Part shown: positions 28,077-37,621 of the stretch, piece by piece
How the letters are laid out: every line of letters begins with the position of its first letter
Position numbering within the stretch: the first letter of the stretch is position 1
Source of the DNA: a virus
Taxonomy: Duplodnaviria; Caudoviricetes
Direction: 5' to 3' (one strand)
Virus record (IMG/VR): IMGVR_UViG_3300028907_000003
Span: 21,000 to 84,999 of that record
Length of the DNA stretch: 64,000 nt
Translations under genes and position numbers: made by a program
Notes under the pieces: generated by a model
Told to the model about the DNA's origin: nothing
Databases searched by the model: none
The model's input: only the letters and a program-made list of their open reading frames with translations

Positions 28077-28525
28077 ATGGATCAGGTGTTTGTATATAAA
28101 ACAGCGTTGGCACTGTGTGATAAGCTGAGTGAGTTAGAAGCTGCCATTGACCATACGGTGACGGCTGAAACAATAGTCAAAATGCTACCAATACATTCTG
28201 AAACATGCCCGTATTGTGTATCATTTAACCAAATATGTAGTAAAGATTGTCGATATGGGGCGTTGCGTGGGTATTGTAATGATGATGGTTCAACGTGGCG
28301 GAAGTTAGGCGGTGGTGCAATCGTAATGGAAACTGATGAGATGGTCGGTTTCTGCGAAAGAACCAAAAATCGAGAGATATGCTCAAAATATACGCGGATT
28401 CTGTATAAGGACAAGTTCACGATGGATGTTAATACTCTGATGGGATACAAAAGATTATCCTGGCGGAGATTGCCCAACAACTTAGTAACAATCAGGTATT
28501 TTTAGAAGCACTGGAGGCATACTAA
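28077..28525 (+). pseudogene. Cys-rich paralog 2 with a frameshift at the A4 run 28449-28452
   Basis: The -1 frame gives KIILAEIAQQLSNNQVFLEALEAY*, matching the paralog C-termini and ending TAATG on the next gene. Confidence 0.7.
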
Positions 28526-28977
28526 TGGTATCAAAAGAAGCGTTATCTGAAGCAATAAACAATATGCTTGAACAGCTATGGGTGTTGAAGTCGATGAAAC
28601 AGCCTAGCGTAAGGTTGCCGATATTCGCGAGCACTTGCCCGTTTTGTTTAGAATCTGAAATTGCAAATGGTATGCTGATATGCGATGGTTGTGAATATGC
28701 CAAGACTCATGCATCTTGTAATGAGAAAGAAAGCGCTTGGTGTAGAATAAGAGATGTTCTTGGTAAAGCCTGTATGTATCACGATTTCGAGATACCGTTT
28801 GGAGAGAGGGATCAATTGGCCGTGGATATGGCTATCTGTAAAGCAGAAGTAGCAATAAACAAGAAGAATTTAACACTTGATCAGTTCATGACAGCCAAGC
28901 GCGATTTCTTGAAAGAGTATTTCAAGCACTTGCCATATTGCGGAACCGCTGTGGAGGCATTGGATGATTATTGGTGA
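28525..28977 (+). CDS. Cys-rich paralog 3
   Basis: CPFC..CDGCEY..C...S.W motif. Confidence 0.75.
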   Translation: MVSKEALSEAINNMLEQLWVLKSMKQPSVRLPIFASTCPFCLESEIANGMLICDGCEYAKTHASCNEKESAWCRIRDVLGKACMYHDFEIPFGERDQLAVDMAICKAEVAINKKNLTLDQFMTAKRDFLKEYFKHLPYCGTAVEALDDYW

Positions 28978-29062
28978 TGTGATACTCATTCTCTTTTTAG
29001 TTATCGTGCTTCTACTAATGAGAGAACGAAGAAGATCGTGCTGCCCAACGAGGTGCTAAGTA

Positions 29063-31450
29063 ATGTCATTCGATCCTGCGGCTTGTTTGGTGTTTGATGA
29101 CCGGACAGGTAGTTTAATTGGTGTTGATGCTGTTAAGGTAAGAGATTGGTTTACCAAGCATTTTAGTGTACTGAGTATTGTACCCACAGGCGACATTTAT
29201 GTGTACAATAATGGAGTTTTTAGATGCGAAGGTGGATCTAAAGAATGGATTACACACAAGCTGTATGAAAATTGGGGCAGATATACACTATATGATGGTA
29301 GCCCGTTGCTGAGTATCAATAGGGTGCGAGAGTTAGTTGCTTTTATACAATTAGCTACGTACCAAGAGATGTTCCTAGATGTTTCCACCAGAAAAACCGT
29401 GTTTGATGCCAATCTTGATATCGTTAATATGGCAAATGGTTTATATAATTGGAGGACAAATGAATTCATGCCTCATACCAGAGAGTATTTATCGAGGATA
29501 CAGGTTCCGGTTAGATATGTGGAGGGTGCTACATGTCCAACAATTGATGCTATAATCGGGGATGTATTAAAACCGCAAGATGTACCAAAGTTCTATGAGT
29601 TTGCTGGATATCTGTTTTACCGTGGAGTGGCCATTGATAAGGCTGTTATGATGCTGTACGGACCCGCTCGTAGCGGGAAGGCGTTGGAAGTTCATACACC
29701 AATACCAACCCCGACAGGGTTCACTGAAATTGGTGATTTGGAAGTCGGGGATGAAGTGTTTGATGAAGAAGGTAACATCGTAAAAGTTATTGGCAAAAGT
29801 CCCGTGTGGAAAAACCGCCAATTATATGATGTTGCTACTAGTGATGGCGAACACATTCTTGCTGATGAGGAACATATTTGGCGAGTATGTTTAAATCCCG
29901 GTGTAAAAAAGGATCGACCTAGCCGACGAGAGTATATAACAGATCATACTACGGAAGATTTATATAATCGACCATCAACACGCAAACCTAGAATATTAGT
30001 GCAAGGTGCTATTAAAACCGGAAATATTGATCTACCAATAGGGCCATATACGTTAGGTGCGTGGTTGGGTGATGGAAATTCTCATAGTGCAATTATCACA
30101 CAACTTGATACCAATGATCGAGAATTTATGGAGAACCGTATAAACGAAGAAGGATATATAACAAGCAAACAAACAACCATTGGTACATTTGGTATACTTG
30201 GTCTTGTAACTCAACTTAGACAGCAAAGCTTATTAAAAAACAAACATATACCAATGATATACTTAAGAGCGAGTTATGATCAACGAATTGCCCTGCTGAA
30301 TGGACTAATAGATACTGATGGTTACGTTGGTGATACTGGGCATGTTGAATTCTGTACGACCAACAAAAACCTAGCAGATGGTGTATATGAACTTGTTAAT
30401 TCACTTGGTGTAAAGGCAACCAAACATATTGGTGATGCGAAGCTTGATGGAAGGTTTATATCTAAAAAATATAGAGTGTGCTTTTACAAATCAGATGCTG
30501 CATCACTTCCAAGAAAAAAGAATAAATGTCGAGACTCTGTTATGAGAGCGAATCGCTACATATCAATTACAAAGGCTGGTATTGGAGATACTATATGTAT
30601 TCAAGTAAGTGCGCCATCTGGAATGTTCTTATGTGGTAAATCGTTCTTGCCGACTCATAATTCAGAATTAGCACGATTAATCATGAACGCAGTTGGAATA
30701 AACAATTGTGCCGCAGTTACGCCACAGGAGCTTGGAAGAGATAAATTTGCAACAGCTGCTTTAGAGGGGAAGCTGGTTAATCTCGTGGGAGATGTGGATG
30801 ATAAGCCAATTGAGAATGAAGGTGTGTTTAAGAAGGTAACGAGCGGTAAGGACTTGCTACAAATCGAGAAGAAATTCCAACAGCCGGTTCAAGTAATAAA
30901 TACTTGTAAAATGGTGTTAATCGCCAATATGTTGCCACCGATCTCGGATTTGACTAAGGGTTTCTTCAGACGGATGGAAATATTTGGGTGTTACCATGTG
31001 TTTGATCCACTGGTAGATGACCCGGAGAGGCTGAAAGCGATAGATGATCCTATGGAGTTATCCGGGTTTGTTATAAAGTGTTTGGGTATGTTGCCGGGAG
31101 TTCTTTCTAGGAAGATGCTGACTAATGAAATGTCTGCTGATGATGTACGGAGTCTTTACATCATGAACGCAAATCCGGTACAGGGATTTATTGATTTGTG
31201 TATAGATGACGATGTTCCCGGTGGTTTCGCCAGTAAGGACATGACGTATAAATATTATGTGGATTTTTGCCGAGCTATAAAAGTTGAAAAACTGTCTAAG
31301 ACCATGTTTGGTAAAGCGTTTAAAAAAGCAATGGGGTGGACCGGAAATGAGCGACAAAGCCAGCGGAAGTTCCATGGTGGAGACAAGTGGGGATGGACTG
31401 AAATTAGGCTCAAGAAACCTGAATTAATGTTGGAAAAGTTGGTGTGTTAG
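29063..31450 (+). CDS. D5/P4-type SF3 replicative helicase (no primase domain) with intein
   Basis: D5_N-like NMANGLYN region; Walker A GPARSGK/S split by the intein; GKLVNLVGD; MVLIANMLP; RRMEIF. Confidence 0.9.
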   Translation: MSFDPAACLVFDDRTGSLIGVDAVKVRDWFTKHFSVLSIVPTGDIYVYNNGVFRCEGGSKEWITHKLYENWGRYTLYDGSPLLSINRVRELVAFIQLATYQEMFLDVSTRKTVFDANLDIVNMANGLYNWRTNEFMPHTREYLSRIQVPVRYVEGATCPTIDAIIGDVLKPQDVPKFYEFAGYLFYRGVAIDKAVMMLYGPARSGKALEVHTPIPTPTGFTEIGDLEVGDEVFDEEGNIVKVIGKSPVWKNRQLYDVATSDGEHILADEEHIWRVCLNPGVKKDRPSRREYITDHTTEDLYNRPSTRKPRILVQGAIKTGNIDLPIGPYTLGAWLGDGNSHSAIITQLDTNDREFMENRINEEGYITSKQTTIGTFGILGLVTQLRQQSLLKNKHIPMIYLRASYDQRIALLNGLIDTDGYVGDTGHVEFCTTNKNLADGVYELVNSLGVKATKHIGDAKLDGRFISKKYRVCFYKSDAASLPRKKNKCRDSVMRANRYISITKAGIGDTICIQVSAPSGMFLCGKSFLPTHNSELARLIMNAVGINNCAAVTPQELGRDKFATAALEGKLVNLVGDVDDKPIENEGVFKKVTSGKDLLQIEKKFQQPVQVINTCKMVLIANMLPPISDLTKGFFRRMEIFGCYHVFDPLVDDPERLKAIDDPMELSGFVIKCLGMLPGVLSRKMLTNEMSADDVRSLYIMNANPVQGFIDLCIDDDVPGGFASKDMTYKYYVDFCRAIKVEKLSKTMFGKAFKKAMGWTGNERQSQRKFHGGDKWGWTEIRLKKPELMLEKLVC
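29681..30661 (+). mobile_element. Class 3 intein (Ala1, WCT signature) with LAGLIDADG endonuclease, 327 aa
   Basis: Starts ALEVHTPIPT; HIW (block B Trp), TICIQV (block F Cys), PTHN (block G Thr); Ser at +1; LGAWLGDG and LNGLIDTDG. Confidence 0.88.
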
Positions 31451-31522
31451 TATGAATCCATTTGCTATATGGGGAGTGTTCCCTATCAACCGAATCTTTT
31501 ATATAGTATGGGAATGCTATAG

Positions 31523-31717
31523 TTGTATATGCTAACTCAAGTGAATGTTGTGAAATTATCTCCAGCGTCTGCTGCTGGTATGGAAATGTGTTTAAATGAA
31601 AAGATGCAGGGGATTCAATCTCATGGTGGAAGAATCTTACATGTGTTATGCACATTTGTCCCAGGTGATGTTGGTTTAGATAGCTTGGTGTATACTATTG
31701 TATGGGAGTCGCCATGA
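31523..31717 (+). CDS. Hypothetical protein, leaderless
   Basis: ACCGAATC-TTTTATA promoter upstream. Confidence 0.55.
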   Translation: MYMLTQVNVVKLSPASAAGMEMCLNEKMQGIQSHGGRILHVLCTFVPGDVGLDSLVYTIVWESP

Positions 31718-31937
31718 GGATCGGATAAATGCCGGGATTGTAAAAGTTCTGTATAAGCATGGTCTTGGTATGTCGAATGAGTTGTTTGAAACCGTGGATG
31801 TGGATGTGGTTAAATGCTTAACGGCATAAGTGTTGAATGGAGACAAAACGGTATTGTTATCATGGGAGATGCGGGTGTTACTTTCGTTGAAGAAAGTAAT
31901 ATCCCGATATTAAAAGAATTGTTGGAGGTAATCACAC

Positions 31938-32174
31938 ATGATTGATATACAAGCGATAGGACTAGAAGTACTCACTGGAATGAGACAGCTGGAGTACAAT
32001 GATGATAGAGAAAAGTATTTGACTGAACAAGCACCTATTGATGCTAAAGCGTTTGTGCATCTCGCTTTTGGGCAAGAAGAAGAAGCAAAGAAGCTTATTG
32101 GAGATGACAAGGTGTTTATGAAAGCGATTACTGTTACCAATAGGATATATGAGGTTTTAAAGAAGGGTGAATGA
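31938..32174 (+). CDS. Hypothetical protein, tandem paralog A
   Basis: EVLT.MR...GDDK.FM..I..TN.IY shared with 32167. Confidence 0.7.
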   Translation: MIDIQAIGLEVLTGMRQLEYNDDREKYLTEQAPIDAKAFVHLAFGQEEEAKKLIGDDKVFMKAITVTNRIYEVLKKGE

Positions 32175-32424
32175 AATGGTTTCTAATATGGATATTTTAG
32201 TCGAGGTTTTGACAGCGATGAGGGCATACCAACACATGGATGATCCAGATTCTAAGGGATATGAAGAAACTGAAATTCAGGGTGATTTAGATGCTCTGAT
32301 ATTGTTGACGGAGGGTGAAGGTGAAGAGGTTATGAAGAAGAAGGGTGATGATAAACTGTTTATGCTATCTATTCGACTTACTAACAAGATATACGATATG
32401 ATTAAGGCTGATAGTGATGTATAA
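32167..32424 (+). CDS. Hypothetical protein, tandem paralog B
   Basis: Same motif as 31938. Confidence 0.7.
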   Translation: MNEMVSNMDILVEVLTAMRAYQHMDDPDSKGYEETEIQGDLDALILLTEGEGEEVMKKKGDDKLFMLSIRLTNKIYDMIKADSDV

Positions 32425-32535
32425 ATGTCCGGAATGTGGGAAGGTTGTTAGTAAAAGTGCAATGATCGAGTGGTATCCATGTGGATGTGACTGTGAATTC
32501 GTTGTAGAAGATGTGTACTTGAGAGTTTACCATGA

Positions 32536-32751
32536 ATGGGTGAAGATATGAAGAGTTATCCAATTTTTAACAGGATGGTTGGTAAGGTAGTTCATTTTAA
32601 TCTCCGTGGTGGAGATGAAATTACTATTCGTGTTGAGAAGTCTGAAAGTGATGTTGTAATAGGTACAACTGTTGGTCCTACAGCCGGATATCATTACTGG
32701 ATTGATGTTGCGAGCATACAAGCATTTTCGTATACGGGGGATTTGAAATGA
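32536..32751 (+). CDS. Small Sm/LSm-like beta protein
   Basis: MVGKVVHFNLRGGDEITIRV...YWIDVASIQAF pattern. Confidence 0.45.
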   Translation: MGEDMKSYPIFNRMVGKVVHFNLRGGDEITIRVEKSESDVVIGTTVGPTAGYHYWIDVASIQAFSYTGDLK

Positions 32752-32862
32752 GAGCAGATCAATTGATCGGGAGGCTGGCCCACGGGGAGTGAAGAAATAT
32801 GCAAAATACTTAATATATCACCAACATGTTTCTATAGTAAACTTAAAGAATTTGATTTAAAG
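32748..32862 (+). pseudogene. Frameshifted HTH remnant upstream of the RNA ligase
   Basis: MRADQLIGRLAHG, then a shift at G4 32784-32787 into SEEICKILNISPTCFYSKLKEF. Confidence 0.5.
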
Positions 32863-33933
32863 GTGAGTATGATGACAGAAGAAAGAAAGTTAGCGTCTGT
32901 ACAGATAATTGAAAGTATTGAAGATGTTCCGAATTCGGATAATCTACAGGTTGCTAGAATATTAGGATGGCAAACCGTCATACGGCGAAATGAATATAAC
33001 CCAGGAGATAAAATTATCTATGCGGAAATTGATTCGCTGTTACCCGAAGAACCGCAGTATGAATTTCTGCGCAAATGTTGCTACACCAGTGCTAATAAAG
33101 GGTTCAGAATTAAGAGTATGAAACTGAGAGGATGCCTTAGCCAAGGGTTAGTGCTACCGCTGGATATACTCGGAGAACATGCTGAAAGCGCTCAAATAGG
33201 TGATAATGTAACCGAGTTGCTAGGGATCCGGAAATGGGAACGTGCTCCAGCTGAAGGCGAGAAAGCAAGGTTGTTTGGTCATGCGCGAGGAAGCTTGCCA
33301 CATAGGATTCCCCGCACTGATGAAATACGTCTACAAAGCTGTGTTGATGTATTGAAACGCCATGAAGGAAAGATGTTTTCTGTTACCGAGAAGTACGACG
33401 GAACTTCAATGTCTGTGTTTTGGGATCCGGAAGATGGGTTACATGTGTGTAGCAGGAATGTTGATTTAAAGCCGGATTACGAGCATAAATGGAATGGAAC
33501 TGCGTATTGGGATTATGCTATAGAACACGATTTGGAAAGCGTAGTGCATCAAATTGGAGACAATGTGGTGTTACAGGGAGAGCTTATAGGCCCAGGTATA
33601 CAGGGAAACCATTATAAACTAGAAGCGCTTGTATATAGGGTGTTTAACATGTACGATCTTAATACCGGGAAGTATTCGAGTTATCAGGAAATGAGTGATC
33701 GAGTTAAAGAGTTAGGACTTGGTAATGACTTCCTAGTACATGAGATCTGTAATATAAGCTTGCCTAATGACCTACAGGCCATGTTAAAGCTGTCCAAGGG
33801 TAAATCAGTGTATGGTGACATGAGCCGAGAAGGAATCGTGTGTAGAGCCGTTCCAGAGGACAGAGATGTTAAATTGGGGAGGTTGTCATTTAAGGTAATT
33901 AATGATGACTTCTTGCTTGAGAAAGGAGAGTGA
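32863..33933 (+). CDS. ATP-dependent RNA ligase, DRB0094/Rnl2-like
   Basis: RKLASVQ N-terminal module, EIDSLLP, motif I TEKYDGTS, QGELIGPGIQGN, EGIV, SFKVIN. Confidence 0.9.
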   Translation: MSMMTEERKLASVQIIESIEDVPNSDNLQVARILGWQTVIRRNEYNPGDKIIYAEIDSLLPEEPQYEFLRKCCYTSANKGFRIKSMKLRGCLSQGLVLPLDILGEHAESAQIGDNVTELLGIRKWERAPAEGEKARLFGHARGSLPHRIPRTDEIRLQSCVDVLKRHEGKMFSVTEKYDGTSMSVFWDPEDGLHVCSRNVDLKPDYEHKWNGTAYWDYAIEHDLESVVHQIGDNVVLQGELIGPGIQGNHYKLEALVYRVFNMYDLNTGKYSSYQEMSDRVKELGLGNDFLVHEICNISLPNDLQAMLKLSKGKSVYGDMSREGIVCRAVPEDRDVKLGRLSFKVINDDFLLEKGE

Positions 33934-33939
33934 AGTTAC

Positions 33940-34713
33940 ATGAAGTATGAAGTTGGAGACAAGATCCGTATCGTGAAAAAGGGACCGCGTTGGAATTCGG
34001 CTGGAAAGATGGATCATTTGGTTGGTAAAACGGTTGTTATTGCCGATATTGTGAAATACTCCGAATTACCAATTGGAATCAGAGATGAACCAGAAGCGGA
34101 AGGTACTGATAAGATGTGGTGGCTCCTGGAAAATGAAATTGAACTTGTAGAGAAGGCGAGTTTGATGAAGTATAAGGTTGGAGATATGGTTCGTATCGTA
34201 AGAAAAACATCCGGTAAGTGGAATCTAGAGGGTTTAATGGACCATATGTTGGGTAAAACCGCTAAGATCACATCAATTGATGCGAGAAGTACAAGCTTGC
34301 CTATTGAAATCCGAGATGGTAATGACGGTAGAACTTGGTGGTTTGATCCGAATGAAATTGAACTTGTAGATGAACCTAGATTTAAGACGGTTGATCTTTC
34401 TGATCCATGTGAAAGAAAGTGGTTTATGAAAAAAATGGAAACAGAAGCTTTCAAGAGCAAGCATATAGTAGTTGCTAAGATACCCGCTTATGGAGAAATT
34501 AATTACTATATACTAAAGGATGTTGATCTTAAGTGCAGTTCTCCAATTAATCCGGATTATGCATTCATGTCGCTGCAGAATTCGTTTAGAATTTGGGAAG
34601 ATCCTGGTGAGTTGGGAGATCTCATATCAAGAACTAGAAGTGATATTGATAAGTTGTATGTTCTGGATAGCCTAAGTGATCTCAAGCAGCTGCTTATTGA
34701 TGAAGGTGTTTAA
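33940..34713 (+). CDS. Protein with two SH3/KOW-like repeats
   Basis: Y(E/K)VGD..RIV.K...W...G.MDH..GKT..I...WW...EIELV twice. Confidence 0.8.
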   Translation: MKYEVGDKIRIVKKGPRWNSAGKMDHLVGKTVVIADIVKYSELPIGIRDEPEAEGTDKMWWLLENEIELVEKASLMKYKVGDMVRIVRKTSGKWNLEGLMDHMLGKTAKITSIDARSTSLPIEIRDGNDGRTWWFDPNEIELVDEPRFKTVDLSDPCERKWFMKKMETEAFKSKHIVVAKIPAYGEINYYILKDVDLKCSSPINPDYAFMSLQNSFRIWEDPGELGDLISRTRSDIDKLYVLDSLSDLKQLLIDEGV

Positions 34714-34995
34714 ATGGTGTGTGAAGGAAAACGAGCGTGTGTTAAATGCACACATTGTGTTGAGAAAGTCTATGTCACGATCTTTACGTATACGGATCTC
34801 ATGTGTACTAAATTTGCTACTAAAAAGTGCGATGTTATTACTGGTGAAGAATATTGGGAGAACTTGGAATATTGCAATGACCAGCGCAGAAAACCACGAG
34901 ATATTAGAAGTGGGTGGGACAAGTTGATGGGTAAACCTGTGAAACTTGAGGATATATGCGGGGATAAAGGAATATATTTTGAGGAGAAGAAATAG
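34714..34995 (+). CDS. Cys-rich protein, paralog of 4351..4617
   Basis: CVKCTHC..C..C...CGDKGIYF. Confidence 0.7.
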   Translation: MVCEGKRACVKCTHCVEKVYVTIFTYTDLMCTKFATKKCDVITGEEYWENLEYCNDQRRKPRDIRSGWDKLMGKPVKLEDICGDKGIYFEEKK

Positions 34996-35346
34996 ATGTG
35001 TGGGCTTATCATGAAGCTCTTATAGAGCTTTTAAAGAGCAGGAGGAGTTTCTAGCTGGTGTACGATCAGATGACCTTGTAATGGATCTTGAGGAGGCCCT
35101 AACGGATCAAGAGCTTGATGTTCTTGGTTATCATGAGCTAATACGAAGAGCCTTAGATGAGATTGAAAGACTGCGGGATTTGAATGCAGATTCGTGTTCC
35201 TGAAGTCATAACAAGGATATCCCAGAAGTCGGTGGAACTGTTTCCAAGAAATATCCATTTAGTTGTATGAGTAGAGATCCAAAGTAAATACTGATATGTA
35301 TTTACTTTGTTTAACTTTTTTTAAAAAATTAAATATATCTTTTTTT

Positions 35347-35676
35347 TTAAATTTTTTCAATTCTATACGCATTCTGATATGCACTGAAGAATGGCATCCT
35401 TATTCCAAATAACCAGATTTTATAAGTATTGTTTGGCTGGATTAAGGCATATCTATCAGCGGCATTGAAATTCCAATGCCATACCGTATCCTGGATACTA
35501 TAAACGTTGCCGTTTGTCGTACTAAATAAGTATACACCAGATACGGATTCTCCATCTGAAATTACTTTTGACCACTTTTCTTTGACTGTAACTTCAATTG
35601 GACCTTTGTCTGTAGGCAGTGCGCTGGACATTCCTACCAATAATGATAGGATTGCAAAATATATTAATATTTTCAT
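35347..35676 (-). CDS. Secreted or membrane-anchored OB-like protein
   Basis: Signal peptide; TVKEK...YLFST...Y..FGIRMPFFSAY pattern. Confidence 0.7.
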   Translation of the reverse strand: MKILIYFAILSLLVGMSSALPTDKGPIEVTVKEKWSKVISDGESVSGVYLFSTTNGNVYSIQDTVWHWNFNAADRYALIQPNNTYKIWLFGIRMPFFSAYQNAYRIEKI

Positions 35677-35773
35677 ATTTTCATTTACCCCAATTTTCTG
35701 GCGCGTCTATAAAGCCGATTTGATCGTGTATCTTTCCCTTTCTTTGAGATCATTTTGAAAGACGTTAAACAAT

Positions 35774-35938
35774 CTAGACTGTTCCTTGAAACTTTTGGTC
35801 ACATTTGTGGCAAACTGCTGTTATGCAAGCTCCACATTCCGGACATTATTCAGACCATAATATGACGTCTGTTGATCCGCATTTCTTGCATTTGACTTCG
35901 AATAGGTCCCGCAATGTTACAAATCTTGATTTACCCAT
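35774..35938 (-). pseudogene. Zn-finger gene with in-frame TAA (plus strand 35846-35848)
   Basis: MGKSRF...CKKCGS...WSE*CPECGAC...CHKC; intact AGGAGG RBS and TATAAATA promoter. Confidence 0.65.
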
Positions 35939-36467
35939 GATTTGGTTTCCTCCTGTCATTCTATTACCAATACTAATTATATACGTATTGCTATTTATAG
36001 TTTTTGGTTATTAAGTGAGAATAAGACGAAGTCTTGTTCGAACGGTATTTTACGTCTTCATTTATACTGTTAGAAATGTATAACACTTCCTAGGGAGTAA
36101 TCTCGACATGGAAAAGCAGATGGATTGATGTCTGAAGTCTGCAAACTTGGCCTGGTTGATCAGACTATTGTATCCGCCCTGGATGATATCGCAGAATTTC
36201 TAAGCATTAAAATTGGTAGCGAAATTCTTGCATTATCCACTGGATCTGGAGTTGATCTGGAAAATTTTTCCAATCCCAAGAAGGACTAGAGCTTGCTCTA
36301 GTTCACCATGCTGGTTACCTTTTGGCTGACGGACATTTTGACGATCTTACCAAAGCGCGAAACAGTTTAAGTATAGTGGATGCATTTGTAATAATGTACA
36401 CTATGCGTATTAGAAACCTATATGAACCCATAAAAAGTTAAATTTTTTATAATTTTTTATTCCGGAA

Positions 36468-36800
36468 CTAAACGATTTTTAGGTCAGGATAATCGGTAGC
36501 TGTCATCGTGTGGTAGCCCTTATCGAGCAGTAATTCGCGAGGGAGGATCCACTGATGGACAATGCGCTCTTGGTTATCGAGAGCTATGAGTAAGAAGTAT
36601 TCCGGAACCATGTTGTGGGCAACGCGAAACTCCCAATGATCATCTTTAATAGTGGCAATGAGTACCTTAATGGTTTCTCCAGTGCGCTTGATATAGTAGT
36701 TGTACTTTCGAGACTTAGAAATGGGTTCTAAGATGGTTTCTTTGGGGAATATTTTACGCAATGTGTATAATGCGTTATAGCGAATATGCTGTAGTGACAT
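36468..36800 (-). CDS. Degenerate PD-(D/E)XK-like putative DNA-binding protein
   Basis: YNYYI...IKV...W.F...EYFLLIALD...HQWILP pattern. Confidence 0.5.
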   Translation of the reverse strand: MSLQHIRYNALYTLRKIFPKETILEPISKSRKYNYYIKRTGETIKVLIATIKDDHWEFRVAHNMVPEYFLLIALDNQERIVHQWILPRELLLDKGYHTMTATDYPDLKIV

Positions 36801-37621
36801 GAGCTGGATATATGAGCCTTAAAGGATATAAAGATTGCGACAGCAATCTAAAACCAATATTTTTTCCTCGAACGCAGTTTTTCTCCACCAAAAATGGGAA
36901 AAACGAAGTGAGAGTTATCAAAATGCTGGCTATTTTTACTAGGAGTATTCCTCCGTGATTATAAAAATAGCGGTGAGATTTTTTCCCGTCGAATACCCGT
37001 GTTGTTGGATAGCGATTTTACAATATCGATTCGAGATTTTTGAAATATTCTTTTTTTCTACCGAGGTTTTAGGTTTAATTTTATAATGATAACCAGCGAG
37101 TTTTAATCCGAGTTATTATACAATATAATATAGTATATGGAAAAATTGACCACAAAAAGAAAATATAATAATCAACCTGAAACTAATACTATAAAAGTAG
37201 TATATAGTATATCATATCTAGTAGCGCAAAATCGGCATCAGTGAAAAAAAACTGCTATCAGGGGACGATTTTTTCCAAAAATTCATTTTGAAAAATCTAC
37301 CACATTATGTAAATTATTAATTTAATAACTAGGCATTTTTCATACGCTGAGTTAGAAAAACGAATGAATAAAAAAACCGTCCGAAATGAAACCCAAAATT
37401 TTTTTAATCCTGGAATATAAATAAGTGTCATCGAAAAAAACGGCTCCTATGCTCCTATTTGACCATTTTATAAAAATAATAATTTATAAACATCAGTGAA
37501 TTCCAGGTAAGAAAATTTTTGTTATTCGTAGTATTGAGGTATTGTCATCGTAGATATAGATCAAATAATCAAAGCTTTTCTGCGAACAGGATCGAAGAAA
37601 AAAACTGCCGCTGCAGTTGGT
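36801..37621. other. About 820-bp AT-rich non-coding region, candidate replication origin
   Basis: No credible ORF; divergent genes; T-tracts on the left, A-tracts on the right of a TA-rich centre. Confidence 0.4.

Noticed and set aside
28503-28505. Pyrrolysine readthrough of TAG
   Set aside because: A one-base frameshift upstream explains the gene end better
36128-36289. 53-codon ORF followed by an 18-bp palindrome (36285-36302)
   Set aside because: No RBS or motif; cannot be distinguished from chance
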